DNA of 63,991 bases, from NCBI RefSeq assembly GCF_003704095.1, contig NW_020846568.1, positions 124,010-188,000 on the forward strand, given 5' to 3'. Shown here piece by piece: positions 60,601-63,991 of this stretch. Numbering within the stretch: position 1 is the first letter of the stretch; the number at the start of each line of letters is the position of its first letter. Made by a program: the position numbers and the translations under genes. The DNA comes from Pocillopora damicornis (taxonomy: Eukaryota). The notes beneath the pieces were generated by a model. It saw only the letters and a program-made list of their open reading frames with translations, searched no databases and was not told where the DNA came from.

Positions 60601-62833
60601 TATTTTTGCAGACTCCTCACATCTTCCCTGCTGAAAAGATCGCTTTTCAAAAGGTTTTTTTTCGCGGCATTCTATCACATTCTGTCCATTATGTGGTTTC
60701 ACTTTTCTTCCAATATCAAAAGTTCAATTATCTCAATTTCTTGTCTGCTCCATATGTCAATCATGAGATTCGCTTGGGTTATTCAATAAAAACGCAAGGA
60801 AAAAATACATACGTGTTACTCGCCAGCCGGGAGGTCCGTATTGGGAAAAACTGTGCCCGAGATCTTGAGTACCGCCCGAGGTCGTAGGCCAAGGGCGGTA
60901 CTCACGACAGAGGACACAGTTATTCCCAACACGAACCGTCTTAGGCTGGTGGATGACATTTTCATTTTTTCCCTTAAACTTCACGGAATTCTTTCCAAAC
61001 GAACCCGAATGATTTAGGGCTGTTATTACTGTAAGATCTTCTATAAACTGAACAATTATTGAGCGAGTAAATAGAGGTGATGTAAATTAAAGAGAGAGGC
61101 TTCACTGAAACATTTTCATTTGCGTATTGATAAAGGTGATTTAAGAGACTTCCAATCAAACTTTGAAACATTATTTTTACAAGTATCTGTCACAATCTGA
61201 TATTTGTCGATTAGAGAGCGCGTAAGAAAAAAAAAAGCGCATGTACGCTTTGAAAAAACAACGGAACTCGTTTGGCAAGGACTGCCACGACAATGTTTTC
61301 TTCGAAAACAGTCAGTGCTCTTACGGAAAGTATTATTCACTCTCATCGACGATTCGTTCATGTGCGAAGATTTACCTCTGCTCATTAAGTAAACGGCGAG
61401 GAAAGTAATCTTAAGTAAATTCAATTTTTTTTATTTTGAAGTTGCAAGGGTTTGCTCGTTTATTTGCAGCAATGGCGTGTGTAAATCTGGTCTTTCCTCC
61501 ACAAAAACTAAATTCGAATGAGGCTCTTCAATTAGACACAAGGGGATTTAATGCGACTTTTTCTTTTCACTTTCTGTTGTGCAATTAACGGTACAACTGT
61601 CCAAACTGAACGGACTTGGAAAGACTCACTGAAAGCGTATTTTTAGTAGAACTGAAAACTTCGCTCGCCCTTTCACTACGAAAAAATTGTTTGAGAGAAT
61701 TCAGATACCGATTCATTCAATTGTAACCAAATACTTCACCTTTTAACTTTTTAGGTACTTTTTGTGAAGGATAGTAATTAATTACAGACAGTCTGTAGGC
61801 CGCTTGTCAACCAATTTAATAACACTTTTGCTCATAACAATTCATTTTGAAACCAATATTTTTCTGTCAACCAAAGTGATTTGAGAGAGAGGATCAATAA
61901 CTGATTTATCGGCTTGAAGTAGTGACCGACGTGTTTGCTTAAAAGTACTTCCCAGCCGAAAAAAAGAGAAACATTTGTGAAAAATGGCAACGAAGGTAGG
62001 GATGTACTCGGCAACTTACGAAAGCGTTACCGTGCCCGTGGGCAGAGATATATAAAAATACGGACCGCGCTAAGAACCAATCAGATTGCAGGATCATTGC
62101 CGCGCCCTCTGACAAAAACATAAATCTATGTCACGCTATGTCACGCTATGTCACGCTATGTCATGCTAGTCTTGTGAGACTTGGGCAGATTTATTCGGAA
62201 ATATACTTTTGGTTAGCTGTTTAGCTTACATGCAGTTAAAAGTAGTAGTTAAAACGTTCCGCTGCCAAATTTCCGAAGAAGACTGTTTTGGTCACATATG
62301 TTATATGTCATTCTGTTACGACAAAAGCTTGGTTGAAATAAGTAGTTAATAATGCCACTGAACTCTGAGAAGAGGTTGTGAAACGGAGCTATGCTTTTTC
62401 CTCTGACATGGGGCGGAAGAGAAACATCGTGTGCCCTAAATTGAACACAGTAGTCTACAAAGAGTTAATATCGAAATCACATGAATTTCACTTTCACCTC
62501 TCTTGCTTCGAACAAAGCTCGAGTGGGAAACTTGGCCACGGATGACATTATAGCCCTTACCATGAATTAATCAACATCCTAAGATCATTTTATGGATATA
62601 TTCTGTTTTCCTTAAAGTTTATCTTGTTTTGCTTACCTTTCGATCCTTTCGGTACTCGAATATATCAATGGCGCTAGATTAACGATCTTCCCATCTCCAA
62701 CTTCCCAAGCGCAGGTCATATGGTGTACAAGGAAGCATTCTTGACTAGTGGCAGAAGAGCTGGCATCACACTTCTCGTATTCAACAAAGGTATGCAGAAC
62801 TGTAGCGCACAACATACTGATGAAAAAACGCAT
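57690..62833 (-). CDS. Paralog G (MRH-like receptor family), 6 exons, 307 aa; recent duplicate of F
   Basis: Exons 62833-62637, 60087-59970, 59340-59222, 58888-58789, 58380-58299, 57997-57690; 924 nt in frame. Internal exon sizes (118, 119, 100, 82) are identical to F, and the introns are also alignable. Confidence 0.88.
60191..60526. mobile_element. pogo/Tigger-type MITE in paralog G intron 1 (same insertion as in F)
   Basis: TA-CAGTCGAACCTGCCTTAAGCGGTCA ... GCCGCTAAATACAGGTTCGACT. Confidence 0.72.
60811..62125. mobile_element. About 1.3-kb non-coding insertion present in G but absent from F
   Basis: F reads AAAAATACATATACATATGTCACGCT continuously (about 53146-53171). In G the two halves are separated by this block, which starts GTGTTACTCGCCAGCCGGGAGGTCCGTATTGGG and ends AATACGGACCGCGCTAAGAACCAATCAGATTG...AAAAACATAAAT. 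No long ORF. Confidence 0.75.
62126..62168. repeat. 10-bp tandem repeat (CTATGTCACG) x about 4 at the insertion edge
   Basis: Seen directly; F has a single unit. Confidence 0.85.
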
Positions 62834-63991
62834 CTTTTCTCCGTGGGTATCTGAGGAAGACGATGTCAGAAGACGAAGTCTTTTCGCAAACAAAGAATGT
62901 GGGGGTTTTCCCGTGAATATGTTGGGGATTCCCCCATGATAACGCCTCTAATTAAAAACAATTAATATATATGAGTATGAGAAGGAGACACAAGCCTGTC
63001 GATTGGAGAGTTTTATCTTGATGTAACACCAAATTCTCTCTTCTATAAAGTTATAAAGAATAAGATGACGTTTAAGCAAATAAATTTTCATGCACACTTC
63101 TCGAAAAATTTCGCTTTGTGCACGCAGAAGATGACTTCGTTTCGATAGCTTCATTTCCGGGAAAAAAAAAGGCAGCACTGAAGATCTTGTCTGACATCTG
63201 CTAATAATACATAGACCTAAACTTGGCCGATTGTAACACACCTCGCACAAAAACATAATCCAAGATTCCATCTCCACTGCTTTCGCCTTCTATTGGATGC
63301 ACAACGGAAAGATAGATTCTCGGAAAGCGCATTTCGTCTAACTTCCTATTTACTTTGTACGGCGATCGATTATAAACCATGCACACTAGAAGTTCAGTGT
63401 GGGGAATTTAGCCTGACGATTTAAAAGTGATTAGAATTTAATGCTTTTTTTTAATCATAGAATAAACGCTGAAGGAATACAAGCAAACAGATAACAGTAC
63501 ACAAGAAATGTACGGTAATAGTGCCTACCTTTGATGACTGAGGACTTGTTCTCGATACTGCCGCAAAACAGAGGTGATTGAGGCTTGCAGAGGGAGCTTT
63601 CAGTTACAGATCATTTAGTAAACAATTTTTTACCATTCGTCTGAGTCCTTTAGTCTGATTTCTCGGAAACCGGCCATCACAGAACCGCGTACATACCATT
63701 TTAATCAGGATCAAATTAACGCATACAAGCGGTCAAAGTAGCTTCCCTTTGGGTCACGATAAGTAAATAGGCCCAAGCAAGGCCCGGTACCACAGCTGGC
63801 GAACCCTTCAAATGCGGCTTTGGAGAGGCTTTGGATACCATTATGCCTCCTAAACGCGATTTTAGGTCGAAAAAGTTTCAATGTAGTTACTTTTAAAGGA
63901 GGAAAAGCTACAGGAAAGTCGAAGTTTGGTGTTCCAGTTCGATATGCCGCCCAGCAATCAATTGATACAACGCCTGTGGCCACCGGATCTT

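Noticed and set aside
63711-63991. Open minus-strand frame running off the window end
   Set aside because: Might be the last exon of a neighbouring gene, but there is no recognisable motif and no family Cys/TM pattern; cannot be supported from this window.

Overview
Eukaryotic, AT-rich, intron-containing genomic DNA with four 100-N scaffold gaps. The gene content and repeat families look like a cnidarian, probably a stony coral; this is inference from pattern recognition, not a search. From left to right: (1) a complete 7-exon CFAP298/C21orf59 gene on the minus strand, head-to-head across a 226-bp promoter with a 2-exon, 699-aa WD40-repeat gene; (2) a single-coding-exon rhodopsin-class GPCR; (3) from about 20.2 kb to 62.8 kb, a tandem cluster that the ORF track fragments and hides. 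The cluster has seven spliced paralogs (A-G) plus one pseudogene remnant of a type-I membrane protein. Each has a signal peptide, one Cys-rich domain resembling the mannose-6-phosphate-receptor-homology (MRH) fold, a short stalk, a TM helix, and a tail with endocytic/lysosomal sorting-like and TRAF-binding-like (PxQ) motifs. All copies share intron phases 2-0-2-0-1 as far as they can be followed. A, F and G splice into complete ORFs; B, C, D and E are cut by assembly gaps; E also has a frameshift. Interspersed are piggyBac-type and pogo/mariner-type MITEs, an RTE-like LINE tail with a TSD, fold-back repeats with degenerate hammerhead-ribozyme cores, a RAG1/Transib-like transposase fossil, a SWIM-finger fossil and tandem repeats. 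All exon calls were made by hand from GT-AG sites, frame continuity and paralog comparison.
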